The notes under the pieces were generated by a model. It was not told the DNA's origin. It saw nothing but the letters and a program-made list of their open reading frames with translations, and made no database searches. Below, piece after piece: positions 48,901-62,600 of a DNA stretch of 64,000 nucleotides; positions within the stretch are counted from its first letter, which is position 1, and each line of letters opens with the position of its first letter. A program made the position numbers and the translations under genes. Source of the DNA: Marsupella aquatica (lineage: Eukaryota; Plantae; Marchantiophyta). Location: assembly GCA_973895155.1 (NCBI GenBank), contig OZ316892.1, forward strand, positions 13,084,238 through 13,148,237. Direction: 5' to 3'.

Positions 48901-49684
48901 CAGAGGGTGACCTATTGGCAAAAGCTTCCACAAGAGAACCTGGCTCTGATCCGAAACCCGAGGAGAACGGATTCAAGTGAGAATACAAGCCGCTGGAGAT
49001 GGCAGCCCCTCTATTGTTTGGCAGAGAACTTCCAACAACCACGCCGTGATCTATACCCCCATTTGAAGCTCCCCTGCTATCAACACCAACACCATTTTCT
49101 TCGCGGTGGTGGCCAACACTCAACCCGCCGCCACTGCTCTCCTCAAAGCTAAGATTCCCAAACGCCGACGCGAGCGAGCGATTATCAACGGGCACGCTTG
49201 AATTAGAAGGATGATGATGATTTTCGGAAGGGGGAGAAGTTGTCCTCACCGAAATACTTGTCGAATTGCTACTAACCGAAATCTGCGCCTCCTGCTGCTT
49301 TTGCCGGGGTCGCAAGCCCGCAATGGTGCGAGGGGAATCAAGAGCCAAACCACTGAAGAAAGGAGAGACGTGCGTAGAATTCGCCTTCGGAGACATCATG
49401 TTCGGGAACTCCACGTAGAGAGAACGATTTTCCATGGGGGGAGGGAGCTTTTTCGCACCGGAATAGGCACGGTAGAAATCCTCGTATTGCTCGTCGCAGC
49501 GTATGTCGATGAAAGGTTTAACAGGAGGCAGGGTGCGGCCACTTTCGCCGACAGACACCGCAAGAGCAGAGTTGCTCAGCTCGGCTCCGTAAGCTCTCTG
49601 TAATTCTTCTAAATGGGGGGGCGCCGAGGTTGCGCGCGGGATCTCTCCCAACAGCTGCTCGAATTCTTCATCATCCTGTTCCAT
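45905..49684 (-). CDS. Pumilio/PUF RNA-binding protein (APUM7/8/12-like PUM-HD) with an internal CCCH zinc finger, 5 coding exons
   Basis: PUF repeats AKDQHGCRFLQ, MTDPFGNYLVQ, SLNMHGTRAVQ, IKDLNGNHVVQ, ATHRHGCCVLQ, SQDPFGNYVVQ, AMQKFSSNVVEK, LQDPYANYVVQ; C-terminus SPYGKRILSR; zinc finger CRYYAQGYCSRGDACPFIH. Exons ~49684-47448, 47286-47124, 46909-46767, 46492-46235, 46013-45905. Confidence 0.95.
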
Positions 49685-52600
49685 AAATGCACGAAGACAC
49701 CCGCGAGCTCCGCAAGGGAAAGAGTGACCCTCGGAAGCTACTTTCTTCCTCTTTCCTCCCTACACAAACGCAGTTCCGCCTCCAAATATTTTCACCGGAG
49801 GACAAATTTCGGCCCCCCACATCTAGCCCAAAAACCATGAGCTTTGCCGAATATGTCGCGATCTATGAAACTTACTCCCTCCTACAAACTTCAGCTACCC
49901 TAGCAATGTGACAACCGTCGTCCGCTTCTGCTGCAATGCTAGCACGGGCAACGCGCAACACACTCCTAGCACAAAAATCGTTCACAAACCACAAACATCC
50001 AGAAGGAATGCCGTACGCCACCTGAGAACATTGAACCAAGAGGATTAGATCGGCCGCCACAGGAGCGTTACTCGCTTCTCAAGAATAAATACTCGAGCTG
50101 AACGAAAGCAGTATGGACGTCGCTACTTCAAATCTATCAGAGGCCGCCGCGGTGAGGGTAAAGATAATGCTGAAACAGGACAAGCAACCGACCTGACGGC
50201 ACACAGAATACGATCCTCCCCGATATCACACAAGGTCCCAGTCACATCATGATGCCACCTAAACTCCAGAGCCCGACAACCCGAGATGCAACCTCGTCAA
50301 GGAAGGAGGGGTGACGGACAGTAAAGGCCCTCCCATCCTCTTTCTCCCACACACAAACTGGCAAGAAGGAGCCCGAAATTTGGCGCAAGCAAATCACCAC
50401 TTTGAGTGGAAATTAACCACAACGGCCCACCGGAAATCATGAACTCTTAATATCTACAACAGGAAACGAAGAAATCCACCTCACTTTCTTTTCCATCACT
50501 CTTCCCACCGCCGCATGCACATCCAAAGAAAAACCCACGGAAAATCAAACGCTCGGATAAATAGACCTACCCGACCTTCGTTGCCCCCAAAATTTCAAGA
50601 CACACACAATTAATCGAACTCTAGAAGCGGTGGCGGTACTCACCCTTGCTCCCTGCGCATCAGCAGCCGCAGCCGCAGCACCAGCACCAGCAGACTCGAC
50701 GACAGATACAAAATCCTAGCACCCCACAACTCGAGTAAGTACGGTCTCAACCTACAACGGCACGCAGCAGCGAGAGCCGAGAGCAGCACACTACACTTCT
50801 CTCACCACTTTCCCATCTTGACCCAGGCCGCCTGCCCTTTCGATGACACACAAATCCACGACACTTTCTGCTTCCCCTCTCTGTTCCCTCACGCCTCCAC
50901 GCAAACCATCCCCACACATTACTCTGAGATGATGAGAGCGAACGAGTTCGTCAGCGAAAGGGAACGCCACAGCACTGCATCGAGTGCCCCCCTCTCTCTC
51001 TCTCTCTCTCTCTGCCTCCTCTGTCCTCCCCTCCCCCCCTCCCCTCCCCTCCCATACTAGTTCTGCCCCTTTGCCTCACCAATCCCGTCTGCCCGCTTGC
51101 CCGGCGGCCCCCTCCCTTTTTCCTCACAAATCGGCCCTCGTCTTCTCAATTCCTTCGGTTTTCAGCCTCGCTCGTGCTCTGCGCCCAATTCGTATTTTCT
51201 CACACTTGCCACCAAACGAAAATCCTCATGGGGGGATTCACACTCCCTCGGGACCTGCAGTCAAGCTCGGTAACCCGCCCCCCTCGAGCGAACCGCAGAT
51301 CGACGGCTGAGAGGGCCGCCCTTCTGCCTTCGACGCACAATCGAGCCCCACGCATGCGAGCGCCCTCTGACTGTGGTCACCTCTCGGTGCGGGCTGCGGT
51401 CGCGTGTGGCACGGTCACGATTCTGCCGCAGAACTGGGGTGGCGACAAGCCGCAGGATTCGGGAGCTCATTAAAGTACGTCTGGTCTGCTGCCGCAGCTA
51501 CTACTACTACTGTAGCTAAACGCACAAGGGCGCCCCCCCGCCGCAGTGCTCGCACACCAAAATATGGAGAAGCGCCGCCGCTCCTTCCTTCCTTCCTCCA
51601 ATCCTCCCTCCCCAGTCCCTCCTCCTCCTCCTCCTCCTCAATGCCTAGACCGAAAAAGGAAAAGGGGAGGCTTCTTCGAGTCTCCACCGAACGAAATGGC
51701 AATGCATTAAAAATAAAGAGAAATAAAGAACAGTAAAATACTCACGTAAGTACGGTACCTTGGCACATTTGATTTGAGGACACCGTCCATCCAATTGTCT
51801 TGTTCAAGTTACGAAGGAGTTTTCTTCCAACCCCTTGTAATGGAGATCAGCTGAGAAAATAGCTTAATGGAGTGGTGGGCATAGGAAGGTGACTTTCAGG
51901 AAACGTATCTTTGTAATCGAACGGAGAGGGTTAAAATGTTGGAAATGAGATCAAACGATGAATATTATTGGAGTGATTATACTTCCGTACTAACTATTAG
52001 ACCACACCCATGCCATAATTGTGACGGACCAGTGTAGAGATTGATATCCGAGCTTAGCCCACGCTTGTACCAGAATCGGAAAACTGGACAAATTTAGAAC
52101 CAAAATTACAGAGAAATACCAAAGCCCAAATTGGCATGGATCAACATGAAGATTGAAAGCAGTGCCTACCGTAGCCCACTTTTGTGCCAAAATTGGAAGT
52201 GTGCAAATTTAGAACCTAACTTAGGGAACAGATGTACAATAGTTCAATCCTGAGGAAACAATCATAGTTCAACTTGCTTGAGGCCCCTTTGATCTGCAAC
52301 ATTGGCATGGAGTCATTGAAAATTAGCCAAGCATAGACCCATGCGAAAGTTGGCAGAGCACGGGTCAAGTGCCCCCCAACGCCTTCATTACCTATGTCAC
52401 TTTGCATGTTAGCAGTTTTTGGCCCTGTTAGACCACACCTGCCCCCTTTAAAAGCTACAGGTAACCTGTAGCTCCCATTAAATATAACTTTTCCTGAACT
52501 GTGGAGCAAAGTGCCAGGTAGAGGAGAAAAGTGAGCGGAATGTGAAAGGGTGGTGGTTTAATACGAGCACAAACCTGTGCATGTGGATACAATTTTGACA

Positions 52601-53377
52601 ATTGGTCCATTCTGATTTTGACATAACCATAAGGAAGAGTTATGCAGCCCATTTCAAATGAATAGAGTTATCTCCTTCCAAATTTAGAACAAAACAATAT
52701 TGAAAATGGAAGAAAGAAGTAACTAAACTTTAGGCCCATACTCTAAACCCTATACTTTCCTATAAATGCTCAAATTTGTATTAAAAGTTAGAGCCTAATG
52801 TTCTTCCACACAAACTGTGAAATCTTTACTTATAACCAATAAAATGACACTATGATTTGTTGCACATGATAAATTGTTTTTGAAGAAGTGAGAACCCCTA
52901 GATCCAGCATAAATCATGCTTGCATATGTAGATCTATTTCTCTGCGTCATGCTAATGTGAGTGCCATAGTGCTCTTTACTATTTCTACTGGTGTGACAAT
53001 CATTAGTCCCAACATGACCTGTGTGCTTAACACTGATTATATGTGTCCCACTGGTTGGCACTTCAACTCAGACTCAAGAGGAGCAGGACAGTATGCTCCA
53101 ACAGGTGATTCAGAAGTTGAGATTGTTGAAGTCCTTGAAGGTGACAAACACCACATGTATCTAAATCAGTGCCAGGTTCACCATACTAGGAAGTGGGTTG
53201 TCAAGTTGGAATGCTTTAGATTGGCCACACCATAAGCCAACAAAGCAAATTTGTGGGGACTACAATCCATGAGAGCTCAACAAGTGGATAACCACTATAT
53301 GAAATTAACTACAGGTTGCTCACAATCAACCTAACAGGGAGTGCACAAAGATTGCAGGCACATACTTTATTAAAAGT

Positions 53378-53731
53378 AGTTTGAGCAAATGCATTTGCTA
53401 TAGAAGCAAGTTGAAAAGGAGGCAGGGGAGAAGCTAACATGCAAAGACATAGGGTTCACTGCTTGCTTGGAGAGGTCAATGCGGGGGTCAATGTTGTGGG
53501 TGAGAATCACCTTTGCATCCAATTGCAATGTTTATGAGCGTGTGGAAGGCAGGATCTTGGATCCAAGGTTAGGTGGAGTTGTCTGACGTGGCATTGGTAA
53601 GTATTGGGATGGCCACAATTTGGGGGGGGGGGGGGAGGGCAAATAACTCTGTAAAGCTAGGTTGTTGTAGTTGAGCAGATGCATTTGCTATAGAAGCAAG
53701 TTGAAAAGGAGGCAGGGGAGAAGCTAACATG
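53378..53731. repeat. ~63-bp direct repeats flanking ~230 bp that contains a long G-run
   Basis: TTGAGCA.ATGCATTTGCTATAGAAGCAAGTTGAAAAGGAGGCAGGGGAGAAGCTAACATG at ~53381 and ~53671. Confidence 0.85.
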
Positions 53732-54854
53732 TGAAGAAATACTTAGTTATCTTAAGACCAAGTTGCTGCCAAGTATCTAGAGTGGAAGGCCTGGGTCTCA
53801 ATCAACTTTCTTCAATCTTTACAAAGGAAGTTGGCTGTAGTGTAGACTGACTTCAAGCTGCTTACCTTTTGCCTTCGTGAGCCCAACTCACCTTGTGTTG
53901 AATAAGCCTGACCTGATTAAAGAGTGGTCAGAATGAGGTAACCAATACCAACAAGATGGAATAGCCATAGACCTTGCTAAAGAGAAGAAGAAGTCATTCA
54001 CCAAACAGAATGGTTAGAAGAATTGTTTGTCTTTATATGACAAACAAAACAGTGGTTCTAATTTGAATCTAAGTCCCCATCCACTCTCCCCCACCCCCCC
54101 CCCCCCCAAAAAAAAAACCAAAAAAAAACCAAAGCAAAGCAAAGGCAGAGCCAAGCCAGGCAGTGAAAAGTAAGTGACGACCAACAGTCCAGAAGTGGTT
54201 GATTTCAGTGTCAAAAGAGCAACCTCTTAAAAAACTAGTGTTCAATCTTGAATAATTAGGCTGATATATAACCACAAGATAAATTTTAAGTCTGCACATT
54301 AACCATTGCTTATTGATGTACCTGAGGAGAACGGTGAAGACAATCCTGATCTATCTAGGTGACTGGATCCCAGGGTGGATGTCACTTGTTTGACCACTGT
54401 GCTCCTATATTGTTTGACCACTGTGCTCCTATCATCCAAAACCTCCAAAATGAGGGAGTAATTCTGATCCAATCTCGGGTCAGGGTGACTTTGACTACAT
54501 CTAGTCAAGCAACTTCTTAAACAACAAGTTTGCATTTGTTACTCGCAAGGTGTCTTGGGTACTAGATATAGAGTTGAGGGATTCTGAAAAACTAGGGTTT
54601 GTAAGTGTAAGGAAAATCTTAGATTTTAGATTCTTAGATGCTCAGTGAGTCTTGTCTATGGAGTTTATAATAATGATTATGCGATTCCACATCCAAAAGA
54701 ATATCTTTTCGTGATCTGAACAAATTGTGTGAAATTTATTGGCTGAACTTTAGCTCATTATAGTGATGAGGGCCCAAAAATGGATCTGAACATAAAATCA
54801 ACTCTACATGTTTGTTCAGTCTACTGTGACCACGTACCTGGTTAAGACAGTCTT

Positions 54855-55500
54855 TGGTTGGTATTGGGTTTTCAAGATACCAGCCGGGTAAATAAATTGG
54901 TAATGGTATGAAGTGCACCTCGGTCAGTCTGGTATGGTATCAAACCAGAATCGGGCCGCCCCCAAAATGGCATGCGGTTGGGGCACTGATTTATTTTTGG
55001 CCAGATCTAAGGACAGGTATTGGTATCAGAAATTGTTCCTGTGATACATGGTTGTGATTGTATTCGTAGTGGTAATGGAAAAAAGCTAGCAGTAGCTACT
55101 AATATCTCCCGCTACAGCCAAGAAGTCACCTATGGTAAACCATTTCCAAACACATGTCCACATAAGCATCCTTTAGCCAATTGACTTGCGGTCATGTTGA
55201 GAGGAGCCCCCCCTCAAAACCCTAAATCATGCATGCAGATTTTGTACCTTATTTTAATCCGGAATCTTCTCTGTATATGTGACTGATATAGGTATTGTTT
55301 TTCTAACACCAATTGGGTATGGGGTGTAACCGGGTATTGGGTATGAAAGTACCAGGCTTGTATGGTATACACCTAATACCAGCCCGAAGGATACCAGCAG
55401 GGATGGCACCAGGGTATTGGAATCCCACACCCACTACCATCGGCAATACAGGCTTGGGATTCCATACCAGCTCAACATTTGTCTGGATGTATCCCAAGGG
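54855..55500. mobile_element. Possible hAT-like non-autonomous element remnants
   Basis: Two clusters (54855-55030 and 55310-55500) are dense in GGTAT/ATACC motifs in both orientations, resembling hAT subterminal repeats. TIR/TSD not identified. Confidence 0.3.
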
Positions 55501-56769
55501 ATGGGAATGTTGTAAAAACTATTAAGATCGAGTAAAACTTATCATACCTAAGGATCAGGTTTGAAACAATGACAACTAAGCCACAAGTCCATAAAGGCCA
55601 AACGAAAAAGATACCAGAGAAAGAACACTCGAGAAGAGGTGTTGTAGCCAAATGTTTCACTCACTCTAGAAAGCCAGCACCCCAAGACAAGATACACACA
55701 GTAGCACCCATGTCACTAAATTCTATTTTTTCTTACACTATAATCCGCAATCAAAGTCTACTGTTTATGACCTATTCCGAGGAGCTAAGCCACAGATTAT
55801 TATTTTTTGAAACATTTTCTTGAATATTTAGAGTATTTAATGTGAGTAAGGTAGGGCATTGGAGACTGGTCCTTCTTGTCCATACACCACCTGTATTTGG
55901 GTTAGTAAACATGAAATGATCTGGTCGGTTGGGCAAGGTCGATGATCTTACTCGAGATCTCCAACAAGTTGAACCATACTTGACTTCTCATGGAAGCCAC
56001 TGATGGTGTGCATCACTCTATTGTGCCTATGCATAATTGAGGCACGAGTTACGAGCTAGAATTCAAAGACCGATGTGGGCCATGCATCTCAATTTTTCTA
56101 AGTCGATAGCGTCCATTAATGAAAACGAAAAACGTGGCATGTTGCATGATGATTTTTTTCAGCTAATTTCCGCTGCATACTTCTTCTAAACTAACAAAAA
56201 ATAATAATACCCTTATTACAGAGTATACGTTACTTACTACCTATTCAAGTGGAGTTGACGTGACACGACGATGCAACCGCACCCATCCATCCATCCATGC
56301 ATCGAACGGTGGGGGTGGGCCTGAACAGAGCAGAACAGAACCTTGACCGCAGTTTGGTTCGGGAATGGTAGTCACAACCTTGACTGCAGTTTCCCCCACA
56401 GTTCTCTCCTACAGTTCTTCTTTTCAGGATTTCAGGTTAGCAGAGTCTGAAAGAAGGATTTCTCTCGCCAATTTCTGAGAAGCGAAGGAACGAGAAGAAT
56501 TGAGACTAGTGTGTCGAGAGATGTAACGCACTGCAGCTCGTTGGTCCTTTCTGGACTTTTTTTCTTTTTCTTTCTCTTGGTGTTTTTGTACTCTTTGTCA
56601 GGAATTTGGTTCTCTCTTCATTTTGAAGAACGGTAGCTCCCGTTGAGATTGGGAGACTCTCCTAGAAATCTCGATGGGCCTTACGCAGTTTCGTGTCGCC
56701 TGCTTCAAAGCGATTGCAACTGGATGCGCCAGCTGAAGGAAGAGCACTGACCGACGGCTGTTGTCGGAA

Positions 56770-58228
56770 ATGGCGATGGCAAGGGACCCCGATACCATCC
56801 AGCAGCTCTTTTCGATAGGGCAGCAATATGTTCAGGTGGAGCAGGTTTGGAATAACTTGGTTCCCACCTCAATCTTGCTGGGTTTTGCCAATTGCTTCAA
56901 GTCATTTGTTACTGTAGGATGTTGTGCAGCTTTGACTCTCGAATTGAGACTGTTTATTCCAGACTTTTACCGTTCGTGCGGGGTTTCCTTTTGAACCCAT
57001 CGCTAACTTGACTAGGCCTCACAATCCTAGCTCTAGCATACCTTGCAGTTGTCCACTTCTGAGCGACTGTTGTCCTGGATGCCATATCTACAAGCATTTT
57101 AGTTTCGGTAATTTCGTTTATCTTGGCAGGAGAAGCACGCACTGGCGGAACGTTTAAAGGCTTCCAGAAAGAGAAGGCGACAATTGGCAGCCGAAGTCAG
57201 GTATGCTCTGGGCTCTTACTCTATTTTCAGGTTTTTTATGTCGAATCCCCATTTGTCAAGACCTGTTTCAGAGACCATGTACCAGGCTTTTAGTTTTGTT
57301 ACAGAAGAGTGTGTCGTAAGCGGAGTCTTGTAGCTGGGAGCTACTGATGCGCCAGCTGATTAGTATGAGATGGTCCTTGCCAGGCATAGATCCCTCTTGT
57401 CATCTGTACAAGCTTAGCCAGATAGATTGCGTTCGGAGTTGTCAGTCGGACCCTCATAGCGTTACACACAAATATCTCTTTCCCTCGTCTTAGCTTCTTG
57501 TTGGGATATGTTGCGGTCCTGAAAATCTGTCTACTGTACGTGCTACGTGCTACGTCAGAGAATCACCATTGGGTGTTGTAGGTTAATCCTCAATTGGGGA
57601 AATGATGTTCGTCCTAAAACTACTCTGGTCTCACTGATAGAATGTTCATGTATATCGTTTCTGACTGTGTTTCTTTGTGTCACTGTCGAACCTTTGGGAA
57701 CTGAAGTGACGTTGACTGGCGCAGGTTTTTGCATGAGAAGTTGAGATCCTTCCAAAGGGTACCTGAACTTGATGGTCCATCGCAAGCAGCTCTTCATTTA
57801 AAAAGTGTAAGACAATCACCCTTGCTATCCCTGCCCAAAAAACAGAAAATTAGAAATCGATCACAAAAATGAAGGAAATCTCTTGCCACTGCAGATTAGA
57901 CGCACGGCTTAGACTTGAACAATTATTGGAAGAAGACAGTCGACCATAGCAACACGCTAACTAGCAGCGATCAAGGCTGGACGAACGTCGGTAGTCTGTT
58001 GTCCATTTGTCTTGCCATCTTTGCATGGTCTCTCTCAACCAGTGTTATTATCCATTTGTGCAGATGGAAGTACCTCAGTTTTATGAAGTGGAAGTGAAGT
58101 TTGCTAACTCTCTGGAAAGTGGAATGATAAACTCGATGGTCTTTGAGTATCCACCTAGTCCCAGAGATCCCCAAAATGAATTTGCTCCAGATGTATTGTC
58201 TAGGCAGGATAAGTTTTTGGGACGATGA
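56770..58228 (+). CDS. Small uncharacterised coiled-coil protein (~130 aa), 4 exons
   Basis: Exons 56770-56844, 57130-57200, 57725-57806 and 58064-58228 join in frame at GT-AG sites: MAMARDPDTIQQLFSIGQQYVQVEQEKHALAERLKASRKRRRQLAAEVRFLHEKLRSFQ...MEVPQFYEVEVKF...FLGR*. Confidence 0.6.
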
Positions 58229-58732
58229 ATGGCGTCATATCTATGAAGTAGGACTACGAGTTGATTGTCAAGTGTTCAAGTAACTGGTTACCTACCATCA
58301 TGCCAAAGCTATGATACTTTTGACTTGAGTTTTAGTATCAAAAGCAGAAGCAGTAAGTTCTCGCTTGTCTTCTCTCAAAGTAGAAACAGACCAAAGCCTA
58401 AACAATAAAAGGTTCCTAAGCAATTCGGTTGACCTTTTTCGAATTGTTTTACCACGTTACGTCATCTATTGGTTTGACTTGGGAGAATATCTCTCTGGAG
58501 GAGGTTACGATATTGTTCCTTAGCAGCGGCTTCATGCAGGCCAGTTGCAGCCTGCATTCCGAACTGGGGCCAGGTTCTTGGGGTTAGCTCTCGCTCGCGA
58601 CCCTTAGTACTGGCCATTGTAGCACGTGTGTCGCCCAGGGCGTAAGTACAAGTTAACGTTGTAAAGCGTTGGGGGCCCAACCTCCGGCAAGGGGCGTATT
58701 TGATAAAGAAATTATTTGGATGAAGTGTTTGT

Positions 58733-58794
58733 CATACTAAGACCTTGAACATTTAGTCGCAGATGTCATAACAAATGTTCAAGGTCTTAGTATG
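58733..58794. other. Perfect 22-bp inverted repeat (hairpin, 18-nt loop)
   Basis: CATACTAAGACCTTGAACATTT (58733-58754) is the exact reverse complement of AAATGTTCAAGGTCTTAGTATG (58773-58794). Confidence 0.9.
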
Positions 58795-59640
58795 TTCGAA
58801 ATCCGTGGTGCTTGGTTTTGATTTATAGAGAATGCTAGAAGATAGCGTACATTCCCAATGCAAGAATAGAGTGAGCACTGATGCATCTGCCTTCCCCTGG
58901 TGGCGTGTAATGGGAGCGGGCTGTGTACAAGTCCTGGTCCTGGGACCTCCAGCACTCAGACAAGTGTGATGTAAAGTCTCAGGTACTCGACCGGTTGAGA
59001 GCTTCAGGATTGACGGTGGAGGATTGAGGCCACCCCGGGGACGTTTCGGCTGGAGCGACACATCGAGTGTCATTTTTGTGAAAAAATATTACAGTTTACC
59101 AGTTGTGTAACCACCCTGGTATGGACAAATGCCTTCCACAGAACAATTCTTCTAATTACGAAGAGAATCAAGCGGCTCCATGGTCAAAGGGACTCAATTG
59201 TGTAGGACGGAAATAACGACGTCTAAAACTTCATTAGGTCACTCAGCAAGTCTGCCCGCACGACTGTCGATTCAGAATGGACACATAGTAAAAGCATAGA
59301 CCATGACGAGTCCCTATCTCTCAAAATACTTTCGAGCACTGACAAAAATTGCCGACAAAACATAATTTTACGGAGAAACAGAAAAAACAGCAAAACACAA
59401 TTTACCACTTCCACTGAAAACTGCCGAACTTCTTTCCATTTGGATTTCTTGAATCGCTCTCTTGCTCGTTTTACAGTCCGAGAAAGTAAATTTATTCAAT
59501 GTTGCGTTTCAGTCTGATATGCAGACATGCATCCTCAAAAAAGATTCTCGTTGCCAGCTTAAACTTAATAGATAAAAATTGTATGCAACTCGGTACTCTG
59601 TTCTACTAGAACTCTCTACTGGCAAAATTTGTCCTAAGAG

Positions 59641-62600
59641 TCAGTTACTCTGACCAAGGTTTTTGCGTGCAGATTGTGGCACAAAATCCACAATGACCTG
59701 CACATCATAAATGCCCACGCAAATGAGTACTCAGTAGGTTTGGTGGACAGTGCTATCAATAGTTACGGCTTTCAGTTTTAAATCCAGGTTTTTGGAGAGC
59801 CCTTGGGTTACATCTCTACAGCGATACTGCTAGCAAATTTATAATCTGTCTTGGTAATTTCCATTCCAAGTTTAGCTAGAAAAACGTTTTGTTCATGTTG
59901 AACAGCTTACTGTGGCCTGTTCTATTCTCAAGTTAGCCTGTTTCCATTAAAATCCCTAGCCCTTTAAGTATCATACGCGAACTCCTTGAAAGTTGCAACA
60001 AATCCCACACCTCTTTCTCAACCCCCAGAAGAGAGCACAGGTTACTGAATCTGTTATCTAGAGGACATCAAGGGCGAGTGACTGGTTTGGTAACCCTCAC
60101 CCTTTGATGTTTAAAAATATAGCCTAGGGTAAGGTGATTACGGAAGTTCTCTCCGCTATCCAGCCTGTAGTTATGCTTTACGGCAGAGTGGCTCTTGTCT
60201 ACAATGCTAAAAGGTTTAGCTTAGGGTTACCGAAGCAAGCTCTCTCAGCCTGTAGTTATGGTCTTAGTGGTACATAGCTTATTGTCCCCAATGTTAACAA
60301 GCTCAGTATAGTGTGAGTTCGATAAGGAAGCAAGCTCTCTCAGCCTGTAGTTATGGTCTTAGTGGTACATAGCTTATTGTCCCCAATGTTAACAAGCTTA
60401 GTATAGTGTAAGGAAGAAAGCTCTCTCTGCTTCTAAGGCTTCAGCTATATGCTCAAGTGGATCTTGCCCCTTCTCCGTTCGCTTTCAATCAGAAAGAAAG
60501 GCGTCAATCAAACCTGTCCAATCTATCTTATTCTCTAAGACTTAAATAGCAGGGCACTAACACTAACAGCTTCAGGCACCACTGCATTTTGATGAGTTAA
60601 AAAACTTCCTGTCCACTTTTGCACAGATGAGACTCATGAAAAATTGAGTAAAGAATAGCAGAGCTAGTTTACTCACTCTCCCATCATATGAAAGCGAAGC
60701 AAAGACCCATGGATCTGCGGCACTCCATGCGATTCCTGCCATTAAACCACCACATCAGCTGCTATATCCTTCAGAAAAGAGACGAAAAGGTGAACAATGA
60801 TGGGAATGTCAATGCGCATGGGAGTGGATGGAGTCGTTGAATCTGTAGTCCTGACCAGATCATTGAAACCGAGAAACTCCGTGATTGTTACAATTGAAGG
60901 AAAAAGTACAACAGTTCTCACCATAGACACTGTCTTCATGCTCTGTGTATGATTGTACAAACGGGTCCGGTGACCTTTTGGGTGATCCATGCGCACTGCA
61001 AGTCGTCAGAGACATGTCAACTTTTCAGAGATAGTCTTAAAATTGAGTACTTAAGTCAAGGTCTTCACTGGAATTCATCATAGGATTTTTAATAGTCTGA
61101 CATGAGAGTAGACTTGCCTTTGAGGAGATGAAGAAGAACGCCATAGATTAACCACATAGTCGGTACCTGAACTCTGCATCAAACGGGGAACGACCATATT
61201 GAGTCAACACCACACACTGCTGCCTTAAAACCGCCTCCTCAGCTTTTGAAAGAGTTAGAACAAGTAACCAAGAGCTTGAGTATGATATATGGAGCAATGC
61301 AATTCAAACAGACTTAGGAAAGAGCAGGACAGTACGGACACAAATTATTATCAACAGTAATGAGAAACTACAAGCAAATTTATGCCTTCCTACATACACA
61401 TGTTCGCAATCTCCAGCATCTAGTTACTCTATACAACTATCCAACAGACTTTGGTAAAGCCCAATAGAGAATTTTGTCAACCCCTCTAAGTCACAAGAAA
61501 CCTGTTAAAACCCAGATAGATGCGCATGTTAATTAGTTCCATTCCTCTCATGATATTGCTGTTTCGCACGAAGGTTTGCGTTCAAGTGTTTGCTGTGATG
61601 TTCCCAATGTCTCGTACTCTAGGGGACAGTGCCCAAGCTATTCACAGAATAACTCCGATTGGAAATAAAGACAAACATCCGCGGCTTTCCATCATGAAGT
61701 GAAACTGATTCCATAAAACTGAAGGAGTAAGAGGAGTCTTGTACCAATATGAGCTCGTCATACTTGGGATTGTATTTAACACGCCACGTCCTACAAAGAG
61801 TGTAAGCAGTATTTAATCTCAAACTCCTCGTACTTGTCTCGATGAAGTCCTAGTTATGAAAAAAATGAAATGTCTACTCTCTGATTCATCGCTGCAGCTG
61901 TTAGGCATATATAAATAAATAAGGCTTTCTTTTAGTTATTCAACAAAGTATTATAGATACTACGTACCAGTGTGCGTGTCCTGGAAGTTCAGCAAGAGGC
62001 GTCCTGGGCATTTTCATATCCCAAATACGGATTTTTGAATCATCCCCTGCAGTCACCTGTGCGGAGACAGCAACATGACAGTTTTTACTGCCGTATAATG
62101 AAACACAACATTAAAGCGATCTAGAACTGGATTAAGACATAGCTACTCAGAGAGGGTCATACGAAGAGGATCCTGAAGGTCCATCTGTGATGCAAGCACC
62201 AAAGAAGAGAAACCTTCCTCGCGGGTTGGACAGGAAGTTTGAAGGCCCTCTTCATATTGAGGAGAGTTGTGTTACAGATCTTCAATATTATTTAACTTTC
62301 TTCACAGGAGTCACCGCAGTTAGAGAGACCTCTGGTCCATGACTGATGAAGACATTACGATGTGGCTGAGTCAAGACCACAAAAAAGGATGAATGTTCCT
62401 ATAATGCTATGTCTCATGCGTTGCCCAACTTGAGGACAAGCTAAAGACAGACCTCAAATAATTCTGCATGTTTATGGAAAGCTTTCGAGTGCAAGGGCTA
62501 CCTCCATGAGTAAAACATGGAAAGTCCATTTCCACTAATTATGGTAGGTCTTCACACTACAAAGGTTAGCATTCCACCAGTGTGGCTTCTGCGCTCATCC

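Noticed and set aside
53622-54106. Long G and C homopolymer runs as a foldback or G-quadruplex element
   Set aside because: The flanks are not complementary; these are simple homopolymers in repeat-derived DNA.
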